Below, piece after piece: positions 23,741 to 33,187 of a DNA stretch of 33,318 nucleotides. The notes beneath the pieces were generated by a model. It worked only from the letters and a program-made list of their open reading frames with translations, was not told where the DNA came from and did not search any database. This DNA comes from a virus (Duplodnaviria > Caudoviricetes): positions 1 through 33,318 of the IMG/VR virus record IMGVR_UViG_3300017716_000805; one strand, written 5' to 3'. Position 1 is the stretch's first letter. Every line of letters starts with the position of its first letter. The position numbers and the translations under genes were made by a program.

Positions 23741-23892
23741 GGAAAGGCCAACCGAAAATCCAGCACATAGAACAAAGCCGGAACGCGTCGGGCAGGGGGG
23801 TGGGGGTGGCAGGGCCGAGCGCCGCGTGACTGTCACGGTCACATACCGCAAACAATTTTTATTTTTTTAAAATGTTGGTGCATCAAAGCCTG

Positions 23893-23921
23893 TTGCATAT
23901 CTGCACCCGGTAGATTATTGT
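23893..23921 (+). promoter_or_regulatory. Promoter of the terminase operon (probably leaderless)
   Basis: TTGCAT-N17-TATTGT, 7 nt before the terS ATG; no SD. Confidence 0.6.
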
Positions 23922-23928
23922 ACGCCCA

Positions 23929-24429
23929 ATGACCTTCTACTCACTGCCATTTACACCAGAGCGGACGCAAGCCACCGAGGCGCGGCTAGAGTCTATCTAT
24001 GAGGCTGCCAAGTACGGGCTTAAGGGTGACAGCCTCGCTATGGCCGCTGGATTGACCCCGCGCCAGTTCCGTGTGCTGGCCGACGCTGACCCGCTGGTCG
24101 AGATGGCTGAGATCAAAGGTCGCAGCGACGGTGAGTACACTGCGGCTAAGACGATGTACGAAGCGGCACGCGATGGCGACAGCAAGGCTGCGCTGGAGAT
24201 ACTCAAGCATCAGCACGGCTGGGTAGCCAAGCAGCAGATCGACGTGAACATCGACCAACAGATAAGCATTACAGGCGCGCTGGAAAAAGCACAGTCGCGC
24301 GTCATCGAAGGGCTGTACACTGACGTCACACCCCGCCTAGAGGATAACACACATGCAGCAGCCGATATATTCAGCGCAAGACGAGATGGAGTTGATGGCG
24401 CGGCTGTGGTCGCCCACACTGAAAGATGA
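23929..24429 (+). CDS. terS: Terminase small subunit
   Basis: HTH-like N-terminus, A..GD..AA...LK...GW motif; directly upstream of and overlapping terL. Confidence 0.75.
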   Translation: MTFYSLPFTPERTQATEARLESIYEAAKYGLKGDSLAMAAGLTPRQFRVLADADPLVEMAEIKGRSDGEYTAAKTMYEAARDGDSKAALEILKHQHGWVAKQQIDVNIDQQISITGALEKAQSRVIEGLYTDVTPRLEDNTHAAADIFSARRDGVDGAAVVAHTER

Positions 24430-25888
24430 CCCCCTAGCGTTTGTCCTGTATACATTCCCGTGGGGGCAGCAGGGTACACCGCTGGAACATTTCCCCGGAC
24501 CACGTAAATGGCAGCGCCAGATACTTGCCGACCTGCGTGACCACATCAAAGCGAACAACGGCAAGGTTGACTTCGACACTGCGCGGCTGGCGATTGCGTC
24601 AGGCCGCGGTATTGGTAAGTCAGCCCTAGTCAGTTGGCTAGTCATCTGGATGCTGTCGTCAAGGATCGGCTCTACAACCATTGTGTCGGCAAACTCCGAG
24701 GCGCAGCTACGCAGTGTCACATGGGCGGAAATTACCAAGTGGCTGGCGATGTCGCTGAACAGTCACTGGTTCGAGATAGCCGCCACACGCATCATGCCAG
24801 CCAAGTGGCTGACGGAACTGGTCGAACGTGACCTCAAGAAAGGTACGCGCTACTGGTCCGTCGAGGGCCGGCTGTGGTCGGAAGAGAACCCTGACGCATA
24901 CGCAGGCGTTCACAACTTCGACGGTGTCATGCTGATCTTCGACGAAGCCAGCGGTATCCCTGACAGCATCTGGTCGGTCAGCGATGGTTTCTTCACAGAG
25001 AATACGCCGCATCGTTTCCATCTGGCTTTCTCCAACCCGCGGCGCAACACCGGCTATTTTTACGAGACGTTTCACAGCAAACGGGCGTTCTGGAATACCC
25101 GCGTCATTGACGCCCGCGACGTCGAGGGTACAGACAAAAACCTGTACCAGCGCATCATCGACGAGTACGGGCCAGACAGCTACCAAGCCAGTGTCGAAGT
25201 CTACGGTAACTTCCCCAGCGAAGGTGACGACCAGTTCATTGGCAGCAATCTGGTGGACGACGCTATGAAGCGGCCACCCGTCAAAGATGACAGTGCACCC
25301 ATCGTGATAGGGGTGGACCCTGCACGCTTCGGGGCTGACGCCACCGTCATCGCCATACGGCAGGGCCGTGACATCTTAGAGTTGCGGAGACACCGCGGGG
25401 CTGACACGATGGAAGTGGCTGGCTACGTCATAGACGCCATAGAGCAGTTCAAACCTGCGCTGGTCTGCATCGACGAAGGCGGGCTAGGTGCCGGCGTCGT
25501 AGACCGGCTGAAGGAACAGCGGTACAAGATACGCGGCGTCAACTTCGGCAATAAGGCCAAGAACCAGATTATGTGGGGCAACAAGCGCGCAGAGATGTGG
25601 GGCGCCATGCGCGACTGGCTCAAGACGGCGCACATCCCCAGCGACAGGTTCCTGAAGACTGACCTCATCAGCCCGCGCACCAAGCCGGACAGCAAGGGTA
25701 CGCTGTTCCTCGAAAGCAAGAAAGATATGAAGTCACGCGGGCTGGCGTCGCCTGACGCAGCAGACGCCATAGCGGTGACGTTTGCATTTCCTGTAGCTTC
25801 TAGAGATCCACGTCAAGGACGCGTTGACAGACGCGCCTCAAGCGGGTATTCTCCCGCTGGATATTCTACAAGTTGGATGGGCAGCTAG
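24353..25888 (+). CDS. terL: Terminase large subunit
   Basis: WQ Q-motif, SGRGIGKS Walker A, IFDEASG Walker B, SNP motif III, GVDPARFG.D nuclease motif, SPDAADA. Confidence 0.95.
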   Translation: MQQPIYSAQDEMELMARLWSPTLKDDPLAFVLYTFPWGQQGTPLEHFPGPRKWQRQILADLRDHIKANNGKVDFDTARLAIASGRGIGKSALVSWLVIWMLSSRIGSTTIVSANSEAQLRSVTWAEITKWLAMSLNSHWFEIAATRIMPAKWLTELVERDLKKGTRYWSVEGRLWSEENPDAYAGVHNFDGVMLIFDEASGIPDSIWSVSDGFFTENTPHRFHLAFSNPRRNTGYFYETFHSKRAFWNTRVIDARDVEGTDKNLYQRIIDEYGPDSYQASVEVYGNFPSEGDDQFIGSNLVDDAMKRPPVKDDSAPIVIGVDPARFGADATVIAIRQGRDILELRRHRGADTMEVAGYVIDAIEQFKPALVCIDEGGLGAGVVDRLKEQRYKIRGVNFGNKAKNQIMWGNKRAEMWGAMRDWLKTAHIPSDRFLKTDLISPRTKPDSKGTLFLESKKDMKSRGLASPDAADAIAVTFAFPVASRDPRQGRVDRRASSGYSPAGYSTSWMGS

Positions 25889-26151
25889 TGGCGGGCAAGA
25901 AAAAATCAGTATCGTTGTCCGTAGGCCGTGGCGAGAAACTGCCTGTGTCTAAGGGTGCAGGGCTGACCGCCGCTGGTAGAGCGAAGTACAACGCTGCCAC
26001 CGGCAGCAACTTAAAGGCGCCAGCGCCCAGCCCTAAGACAAAGGCTGACGCAGGACGCAAAGCATCATTCTGCGCGCGCATGGGTGCAGTAGCTGCTAAG
26101 GCTAAAGATGGCGAACGTGCCAAAGCTAGTTTGAAAAGGTGGAAATGCTGA
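25888..26151 (+). CDS. Small highly basic protein (DUF6321-like)
   Basis: GTG overlapping the terL TAG; GLT..GR..YN..TGSNLKAP...RK.SFCARM...SL.RWKC. Confidence 0.75.
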   Translation: MAGKKKSVSLSVGRGEKLPVSKGAGLTAAGRAKYNAATGSNLKAPAPSPKTKADAGRKASFCARMGAVAAKAKDGERAKASLKRWKC

Positions 26152-26300
26152 TGAAACCCGGTCTATATGCCAACATCCACGCTAAGAAAGCCCGCATTGC
26201 CGCTGGATCAGGCGAGAAAATGCGTAAACCGGGTGCTAAAGGCGCCCCTACAGCCAAGGCGTTTAAAGAAAGCGCCAAAACCGCCAAGAAGGGTAAGTAA
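26151..26300 (+). CDS. Small Lys/Ala-rich protein (49 aa, MKPGLYANIHAKK...), not in ORF track
   Basis: TGATG coupling; GLYANIHAK..RI..GSGEKMRK.G.KGAPT...F..SAKT; stop abuts the next ATG. Confidence 0.8.
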   Translation: MKPGLYANIHAKKARIAAGSGEKMRKPGAKGAPTAKAFKESAKTAKKGK

Positions 26301-26690
26301 ATGCCAGCTAAAAAGCCACTAATGCGTGAAAACATCTCGTCACGCCCGACCGATAAATATGGTAACCGCGCGACAGATGCTGACCTTGGTATCGGCCCCG
26401 GCGCTGACGCTAGACGCAGGGCCGCAGCCCTGAAAATTACGGCGCAAGAAGGTACGACAAGCGCCGCTGGCGGACGCCCAAATAAACCTGCAATGCCAAA
26501 ATCAGCCGAAGCCGCGTTATTGCGGGCTGGATCAGTTAAACCTGTTAAGCAGACTTTACCTAACAAGCCTAACAAACCGGCTGTTAAGCAGACTTTACCT
26601 AACAAGCCTAACAAACCGGCTGTTAAGCAAAATTTAGTTATACGTACAACGACGAACATGAAGTCGTCACCGATGACAAAGAAACGCTAA
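26301..26690 (+). CDS. Basic low-complexity protein with 13-aa tandem repeat
   Basis: AAGGG RBS; VKQTLPNKPNKPA x2; tiles the operon. Confidence 0.65.
   Translation: MPAKKPLMRENISSRPTDKYGNRATDADLGIGPGADARRRAAALKITAQEGTTSAAGGRPNKPAMPKSAEAALLRAGSVKPVKQTLPNKPNKPAVKQTLPNKPNKPAVKQNLVIRTTTNMKSSPMTKKR
26542..26629 (+). repeat. Perfect 39-bp tandem repeat (two full copies plus 10 bp)
   Basis: CTGTTAAGCAGACTTTACCTAACAAGCCTAACAAACCGG at 26542 and 26581, partial copy at 26620. Confidence 0.95.
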
Positions 26691-26691
26691 A

Positions 26692-26832
26692 ATGCCTCTG
26701 GTGAAGTCGCCCAGCAAAGCCGCGTTCCGCAAGAACATCAAGGCCGAGGTAAACGCCGGAAAACCTGTCAAACAGGCGGTCGCAATCGCGTATAGCGTGA
26801 AGCGCGAAGCCGCTAAAAAAGGTAAAAAGTAA
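26692..26832 (+). CDS. Small basic protein (46 aa, MPLVKSPSK...KQAVAIAYS), not in ORF track
   Basis: MPL.K..S......NI..E...GKP.KQAVAIAYS motif, a common small phage family. Confidence 0.8.
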   Translation: MPLVKSPSKAAFRKNIKAEVNAGKPVKQAVAIAYSVKREAAKKGKK

Positions 26833-26837
26833 CCGCA

Positions 26838-29072
26838 ATGGCTGATCCGACAGGTATTAACAAAGTAGGCGACGTAGCTGACCGCGGTAGCGATCCAGCG
26901 AACACCCGTGGTGACCCTGACACAATGGCAACCATGCGCCATCGGCTACAGATGTCGATGGCAGCCTACTCGGACAGCCGTGAAGACGAACTGGACGACC
27001 TGCGGTTCATGGCCGGCAGCCCTGACAACCAGTGGCAGTGGCCTGCTGACGTGTTGGCGACCCGCGGTGCGGTGCAAGGCCAGACCATCAACGCACGCCC
27101 ATGCCTGACAATTAACAAGCTGCCGCAACACGTCCGTCAGGTGACGAACGAGCAGCGCCAGAACCGCCCTGCGGGTAAGGTCATCCCTGTCGATGATAAT
27201 GCTGACATTGAAGTGGCAGCGATCTTTGACGGCGTCGTGCGGCACATTGAGTATATGTCCGACGCTGACGTAGCCTACGACACCGCTTGCGACAACCAAG
27301 TGACCTACGGCGAAGGCTATATCCGTCTCATTACGGAATATTGCAACGAAGAAACCTTCGACCAAGACGTGCGGATTATGCGCGTCCGCAACTCGTTCAG
27401 CGTTTACATGGACCCTACAATCCAAGACCCGTGCGGCGCAGACGCTGAATGGTGCTTTGTCACGCAGGACATGACCAAAGACGAGTATGAGCGCGAGTTT
27501 CCAGACGCAACGCCTATTTCGTCGATTTTGTCCACCGCTGTGGGCGATGAAAGCATGTCGGCATGGCTCGACGAAGACACTATCCGCGTTGCGGAGTATT
27601 TTTACTACAAACGCAAGCGTGAAACGCTAAATCTGTACCCAGATAACGTCTCTGCGTTCAAAAATACCGACAAAGATAAGCAATTACGCGCCATGTACGG
27701 CAAACCTGTCCGCACACGCGAAGTAGACCGCAAAAAAGTCATGTGGATGAAGACCAATGGCTATGATGTGCTGGACGAACGCGAGTGGCCGGGTAGCTGG
27801 ATACCTGTGGTACGCGTCGTAGGTAACGAATTTGAGGTGCAAGGGCAGATTTACGTGTCCGGTCTGGTGCGGAACGCCAAAGACGCACAGCGTATGTACA
27901 ACTACTGGACCAGCCAAGAGGCAGAAATGCTGGCGCTGGCACCAAAAGCGCCATTTATTGCCTATGGCGGCCAGTTCGAAGGTTACGAGAACCAGTGGAA
28001 GACTGCCAACACGACCAACTGGCCGTATTTAGAAGTCAATCCAGACGTCACAGACGGCGCTGGGAACGTTTTACCGCTCCCGCAGCGTGCAGCCCCACCG
28101 CTGCCCCAAACAGGGCTGATACAGGCTAAAATGGGCGCTGGTGAGGACATCAAGTCCACCACCGGCCAGTATGACGCCTCTTTGGGCGCACAGGGCAACG
28201 AACGGTCTGCAAAAGCTATCGTCGCACGCGAAAAGCAGGGTGATGTCGGCACGTACCACTATGTTGACAACCTTGCCCGTGCAATCCGTCACATTACTCG
28301 CCAGCTTGTCGATATTATCCCTAAGATTTACGACACACAGCGCATTGCACGCATCATTGGCGTTGATGGTGAAGTCAGCATGGTCAAAATGGACCCAATG
28401 CAGGCAGAACCTGTTAAGGAAATTCGTGACCAAAATGGCGGATTGATTGAAAAAATCTATAATCCGTCTATCGGTACGTATGACGTTATGGTCACTACTG
28501 GCCCCGGCTACATGACCAAGCGTCAAGAAGCACTCGACGCCATGTCAACGATCCTGCAATCTAACCCGCAGCTTTGGACTGTGGCCGGCGATTTGTTCAT
28601 CAAGAACATGGATTGGCCCGGAGCGCAGGAAATGGCAAAGCGGTTCAAGAAAATTCTTGACCCGAAAGTCTTGGAAGAAGGCGATCAGTCGCCTGAAATT
28701 ATGGCCGCCAAGCAGCAAATCGAAGCCCTGTCGCAAGAACTTAACCGCGTCTCTGACATCATGGAAAACATTCAAGATAGCGCAGAGCAGCAGAAAATCT
28801 CCATCGACAGGTACAAGGCTGAAGTGCAGGCTTACGAAGCCGAAACCAAGCGTATCTCTGCGGTACAAAACAGCATGACACCTGAGCAAATTCAGGATAT
28901 TGTCATGGGTACGATTGCAGGCGCGCTGGATACAGGCGACTTGATTGGCGGTTCACCTGAAATGCGCGAAGTACCGCAGATGGATGAGCAGATGCAGCAA
29001 GCCCCAGAAATGGGTGAGCAACCTGAGATGCCAATGGAAATGCCAGAACAAGCCCCTGAAGGAATGATGTAA
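26838..29072 (+). CDS. Portal protein, P22-like
   Basis: D..F..G...QW, RP.LTINKL, GLVR..KD.QR.YN, YDV....GP.Y.TKRQEA; C-terminal coiled-coil; 744 aa. Confidence 0.92.
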   Translation: MADPTGINKVGDVADRGSDPANTRGDPDTMATMRHRLQMSMAAYSDSREDELDDLRFMAGSPDNQWQWPADVLATRGAVQGQTINARPCLTINKLPQHVRQVTNEQRQNRPAGKVIPVDDNADIEVAAIFDGVVRHIEYMSDADVAYDTACDNQVTYGEGYIRLITEYCNEETFDQDVRIMRVRNSFSVYMDPTIQDPCGADAEWCFVTQDMTKDEYEREFPDATPISSILSTAVGDESMSAWLDEDTIRVAEYFYYKRKRETLNLYPDNVSAFKNTDKDKQLRAMYGKPVRTREVDRKKVMWMKTNGYDVLDEREWPGSWIPVVRVVGNEFEVQGQIYVSGLVRNAKDAQRMYNYWTSQEAEMLALAPKAPFIAYGGQFEGYENQWKTANTTNWPYLEVNPDVTDGAGNVLPLPQRAAPPLPQTGLIQAKMGAGEDIKSTTGQYDASLGAQGNERSAKAIVAREKQGDVGTYHYVDNLARAIRHITRQLVDIIPKIYDTQRIARIIGVDGEVSMVKMDPMQAEPVKEIRDQNGGLIEKIYNPSIGTYDVMVTTGPGYMTKRQEALDAMSTILQSNPQLWTVAGDLFIKNMDWPGAQEMAKRFKKILDPKVLEEGDQSPEIMAAKQQIEALSQELNRVSDIMENIQDSAEQQKISIDRYKAEVQAYEAETKRISAVQNSMTPEQIQDIVMGTIAGALDTGDLIGGSPEMREVPQMDEQMQQAPEMGEQPEMPMEMPEQAPEGMM

Positions 29073-29434
29073 TGAGTTGCGCTGATTTTGTAGGTACGCT
29101 GTTTCTTGCGCGCGATGTGGCTCACTCTACGCACCTGAACACACGCAGCTTTGCCAAACATTCTGCTTTGAACGAGTTTTACGACGAAGTCATTGAATTG
29201 GCAGACAAATTTGCAGAAGCGTATCAGGGCAAATATGGCCTAATCGGTCCTATTTCGCTCATGTCAGCTAAGAAGACTAACAACATTGTCGAGTTTCTTG
29301 AAGGTCAAGTAGACGAACTGATGGAAATGCGGTATAAAGTCGTCGATAAGGATTGCACTCCGATCCAAAACATTATCGACGAGATTTTTGGTCTGTATTA
29401 CAGCACGCTGTATAAACTTAAATTTCTCGCATAA
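29072..29434 (+). CDS. Ferritin/Dps-like four-helix protein (DUF5856-like)
   Basis: H..HL.T.SFA.H.AL..FYD......D.FAEAYQGKYG...NI.DEI.......YKL..L. Confidence 0.75.
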   Translation: MSCADFVGTLFLARDVAHSTHLNTRSFAKHSALNEFYDEVIELADKFAEAYQGKYGLIGPISLMSAKKTNNIVEFLEGQVDELMEMRYKVVDKDCTPIQNIIDEIFGLYYSTLYKLKFLA

Positions 29435-29445
29435 GGACGCGACGC

Positions 29446-29748
29446 ATGGAACTTTTACGCCCTCTTAATGACTCAGGTTTTGCTACTCAAAGCGTAGCCT
29501 ACACTGGCACTGCCGGTTCTGTAACTGGCTGGAACGCCGGCCCGCAGGGCGTATTGGTATGGTGTACCTCTGACGCTTATGTTCTTGTTGGTGAAGGCGT
29601 CACAGCGACTTCAGCAGCCACACCGCTTCCAGCGGGCGTGCCTGTGCCGATTTTCGTACCTGCTGGCTCAGGCGGCGTATGGCGCGTTAGCGCGATCCAG
29701 ATTAGCGCAGGCGGCACGCTGTACGCAAAGCCGATCAACATCAGATGA
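29446..29748 (+). CDS. Hypothetical structural protein
   Basis: AAGGA RBS; small beta-rich protein; ATGA overlap with the next gene. Confidence 0.7.
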   Translation: MELLRPLNDSGFATQSVAYTGTAGSVTGWNAGPQGVLVWCTSDAYVLVGEGVTATSAATPLPAGVPVPIFVPAGSGGVWRVSAIQISAGGTLYAKPINIR

Positions 29749-31028
29749 GTTTTGGTATTCCTGTCCGCAATGGCTTGGGTGTCGGGCTATTAGCCTCGAC
29801 ATTTCTGTCGTCTTTGCGGATCGGCGGTCGGCCAGCCATGTCTTTAGACTTTATCGGCACAAATTCGCTCGACAGCCGCGTCACGTTTACCCGCGCATCA
29901 ACTGCTACGTTTATTGGCAGCAACGGCTTAATCCAGACGGCGGCAATTAATGATCCGCGCTTTGACTACAACCCATCTACTCTCGCGCCTAAAGGTCTGC
30001 TAATTGAAGAGCAGAGGGCTAATATACAATACCCTTCTAACCCTAACAGCGCGACATTTTTATGGAACGGCGTTAACTCAGGTGCTCAAACACTCGGCCA
30101 GCCCTCGCCAGACGGCGGAAATAACGCAACGCTGGTAACAAGCAACGGTGGCGGGGAAAGCGGTTACAGGGCCACGCCTACTTTTGCTAATTCTACAACT
30201 TACACATGGTCTGTCTATGTTAAGCGCGGAACTGCTAGGTACGCGTATATGCGCGCACTTTGTGTGTCTGGAGTTCCCGCAGTTGATGGCGCATGGTTCG
30301 ATATACAAAACGGCGTTGTGGCTACTAAAGGTTCGGGGATAACGTCAACGTCAATTACACCAGCGCCTAATGGATTTTACCGCATTGTAATGACGGCCAC
30401 GACACCCGCAGTTGTTATCAACCAGCTTTGGGATTTACGCACTGGAAATGCTGACGGAGCGCAAACCAGCGTTAACGGTGAAACCATGACGTTTTTTGGC
30501 GCACAAGTCGAAGCAGGAGCATTTGCTACTAGCCTCATTCAGTCCACCACAGGCATTGTAACTCGCAGCGCAGATGTAGCAACGATGACCGGCACAAACT
30601 TCTCTAGCTGGTATAACGCTACGCAAGGCACGTTTGTTTCGCAGTTTACACCATCTAACATATTGGGGACATCAACAGTTCTAGATGCCAATGATACCAC
30701 AGCAAACGAAAGCACAAGATTGCGGACAGTAGCGGCTGATCCGTTCTTTGTTGTAACAGATGGCGGCGTTGACCAAGCAAATATTGACGCTGGCACGGTC
30801 GCGGCAAATACGACTTACCGAATGGCCGGCGCTTATGCATTAAACGATTTTGCAGCTTCAATCGGCGGCGGCGCGGCTGTAACGGACGCATCAGGTACAT
30901 TACCGACAGTTACACAGTTGCAGATTGGCAATTCGGCAGCGGGCGCTAGGCTTAACGGTTGCATACGCTCTATTACATATTACAATACGCGCCTTGCAAA
31001 TGCCACGCTGCAATCTTTAACAACATAA
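29745..31028 (+). CDS. Head/tail fibre-type protein with carbohydrate-binding and LamG-like regions
   Basis: TFTRAS.AT, PRFDY, GLLIEEQR.N, YT.SVYVK, GAQVEAG.FATS.I and TR.AD motifs typical of phage spike/fibre proteins. Confidence 0.75.
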   Translation: MSFGIPVRNGLGVGLLASTFLSSLRIGGRPAMSLDFIGTNSLDSRVTFTRASTATFIGSNGLIQTAAINDPRFDYNPSTLAPKGLLIEEQRANIQYPSNPNSATFLWNGVNSGAQTLGQPSPDGGNNATLVTSNGGGESGYRATPTFANSTTYTWSVYVKRGTARYAYMRALCVSGVPAVDGAWFDIQNGVVATKGSGITSTSITPAPNGFYRIVMTATTPAVVINQLWDLRTGNADGAQTSVNGETMTFFGAQVEAGAFATSLIQSTTGIVTRSADVATMTGTNFSSWYNATQGTFVSQFTPSNILGTSTVLDANDTTANESTRLRTVAADPFFVVTDGGVDQANIDAGTVAANTTYRMAGAYALNDFAASIGGGAAVTDASGTLPTVTQLQIGNSAAGARLNGCIRSITYYNTRLANATLQSLTT

Positions 31029-31056
31029 CTTTTCACCCCAACAAAAGGGCTTAAAA

Positions 31057-33129
31057 ATGCCGCAAGTATTTCTTTCTCCTTTCGCCGGCGCCGGGGCGCA
31101 GTTTCTTGATAATAACGGTGTTATTTTGTCGGGCGGTAAAATTTACACCTATGCAGCCGGCACAACTACCCCTCTGGCGGCATATACTAGCGCGTCTGGC
31201 GCTACGCCCCACGCAAACCCTATTATCCTAGACAGCGCAGGGCGCGTGCCGGGCGGCGAAATTTGGTTGGCTGTCGGATCAATATATAAATTTACTCTTG
31301 AGACTTCTACAGGCGTTTTGCTTGGTACATACGATAATATATCAGGTATAAACGCAATAGAACTTAATGCTCAAAATGTAGTTTACGATCCCCCGTTTAC
31401 TGGCGGTGTAGCTACAAATGTTGAAGCTAAACTGGCACAATACATTTCTGTTAAAGATTTTGGCGCGGTTGGCGACGGCGTCACCAACGACACAGCGGCT
31501 ATTCAAGCAGCTTTAACTTTTGCGTCTGCTCAAAACGGTGTGGTTTTAGTTCCTTACGGTACATATATTTTAACTAGTACGTTGATTGCAAATGCAACGC
31601 TTATTTTTGATGGCGGCATTTTTGAAATGGCCCACACCATCAAACTAAACGGCGATGCTGATTTAATTGGACGTAACGGCGGCGGTGTTACTTTTGGTAA
31701 CGGGACAACCTATATCGGGCGAACACCTAACAACTACGACACGCAAATTTTGTGCGGACTTGATGCAACTTGGACTGGTAAAATCCAAGGCATGACCTTC
31801 CGCGTAGATAACATCTACAACTGCTATTTGATTTCCCTCTGGAACGCTGAAGGCGCTGAAGTATCCGGCAACTCACTTGTTGATTTTTATGTTGCTAATG
31901 GGGGAAGTTTGATTGGCGCTCCAAACAGCAGCACAGGCATTACAGGGACAAACACGCGAAGCCAAAAAAATTGCAATATTACAGGCAACACAATTAAATT
32001 CGCCACTGGCTTTACTGGCGCACAGCTTTTCCAAGCGTATGAAACTGAAGGTTTAATCATTTCCAACAACAACACCTATGGGGCTGGTGATGATATTTTG
32101 AACGCAGACCGCAGCACGGGCATCACATTTAGCAATAACTATATCAGCACCCGCGTTGGCACTGTCATTATAAACCAAGTTGATAATTTTAATATCATTG
32201 GCAACACCATTATTAAAGAAGATGTTGGTTCAGGTTACGACCCTAGCAGGGCAGTTTTGGGCGGGATATTGTTAATTCCGACTGATCCAACGCAAACATT
32301 TGTAGCAAAAAACGGCATTGTCTCTAACAATACCATTATTAATAACAGTGTTGAAAATATGCCTCAACCCTTGCTTATTGCTGGCGTTCAAAATGTCATA
32401 GTTTCTAACAATGTATTAATAAACAAAAAAGCAAACGCTACCTTTACGCTTCAAGCTACTAACTCAAGTTCAGTAGTTCCATCTATGACCCCCGTGCAGT
32501 ACAACCGCAATTTGGTGGTGAAAGACAATTTGGTCGTTAACGGAACAATATTGATGAGCGGAGGCGGAACAGCCGATGATGGGATTATAGCGGTAGGTAA
32601 TATCTCTAACGGCGGAGGATACCCAGCAATTCCAATGAACTTGCAGGGTTTTTCGTTAACCAGAAATGACTATGCAGACTCAAATATTGGTATCGGCGCG
32701 ATAGACACGGATAATAATGTCAATTATGACGGGAATGCATTCGTTCCTGCTGAATTATTGGGTATTTATACGCTATCTTCGATCACAGCGGGTGAGGTTT
32801 CCTTGCAGCTAGTTGGTGGTGTGCAATATCTTTATACGGGGACAAATATTCGTTTGAGCCAAGTTGCTATCCAAATGGGCGCTGCTGCATCGACAAGTGC
32901 TACTGTTCTCATAAGCGAATTTGACGGCGCTACAATCACCAATCTCGGAACATTTACGATTACTCCCGGATTTAAGGGGGCAACATTTACAAATTTAGAT
33001 AGCGGGCAATGGTTAAGCACTTTAGTCATACCTAGCACAAAAGGTTTGCGCTTCACTATTGATAGTGGCGCCATGCCGGGGGAGACTGTCACTGTTCGCC
33101 TCTACGGCAGTAAATTTACGTTTAACTAA
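31057..33129 (+). CDS. Tailspike / depolymerase with pectate-lyase-like beta-helix
   Basis: N-terminal QF.D.NG..L.GGK.YTY.AGTTTP...NPIILDSAGR virion-binding domain; SVKDFGAVGDGVTNDTAAIQAAL; repeated I.GN/ISNN rungs. Confidence 0.85.
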   Translation: MPQVFLSPFAGAGAQFLDNNGVILSGGKIYTYAAGTTTPLAAYTSASGATPHANPIILDSAGRVPGGEIWLAVGSIYKFTLETSTGVLLGTYDNISGINAIELNAQNVVYDPPFTGGVATNVEAKLAQYISVKDFGAVGDGVTNDTAAIQAALTFASAQNGVVLVPYGTYILTSTLIANATLIFDGGIFEMAHTIKLNGDADLIGRNGGGVTFGNGTTYIGRTPNNYDTQILCGLDATWTGKIQGMTFRVDNIYNCYLISLWNAEGAEVSGNSLVDFYVANGGSLIGAPNSSTGITGTNTRSQKNCNITGNTIKFATGFTGAQLFQAYETEGLIISNNNTYGAGDDILNADRSTGITFSNNYISTRVGTVIINQVDNFNIIGNTIIKEDVGSGYDPSRAVLGGILLIPTDPTQTFVAKNGIVSNNTIINNSVENMPQPLLIAGVQNVIVSNNVLINKKANATFTLQATNSSSVVPSMTPVQYNRNLVVKDNLVVNGTILMSGGGTADDGIIAVGNISNGGGYPAIPMNLQGFSLTRNDYADSNIGIGAIDTDNNVNYDGNAFVPAELLGIYTLSSITAGEVSLQLVGGVQYLYTGTNIRLSQVAIQMGAAASTSATVLISEFDGATITNLGTFTITPGFKGATFTNLDSGQWLSTLVIPSTKGLRFTIDSGAMPGETVTVRLYGSKFTFN

Positions 33130-33187
33130 AATGTTAAAGCCATACCGCCGGCCTTGTTATGGCCGATAGACATTTGAAGTAACAATA

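Noticed and set aside
33148-33166. CGGCC-N7-GGCCG hairpin after the tailspike as a terminator
   Set aside because: Only a 5-bp stem and no U-tract; too weak to call.
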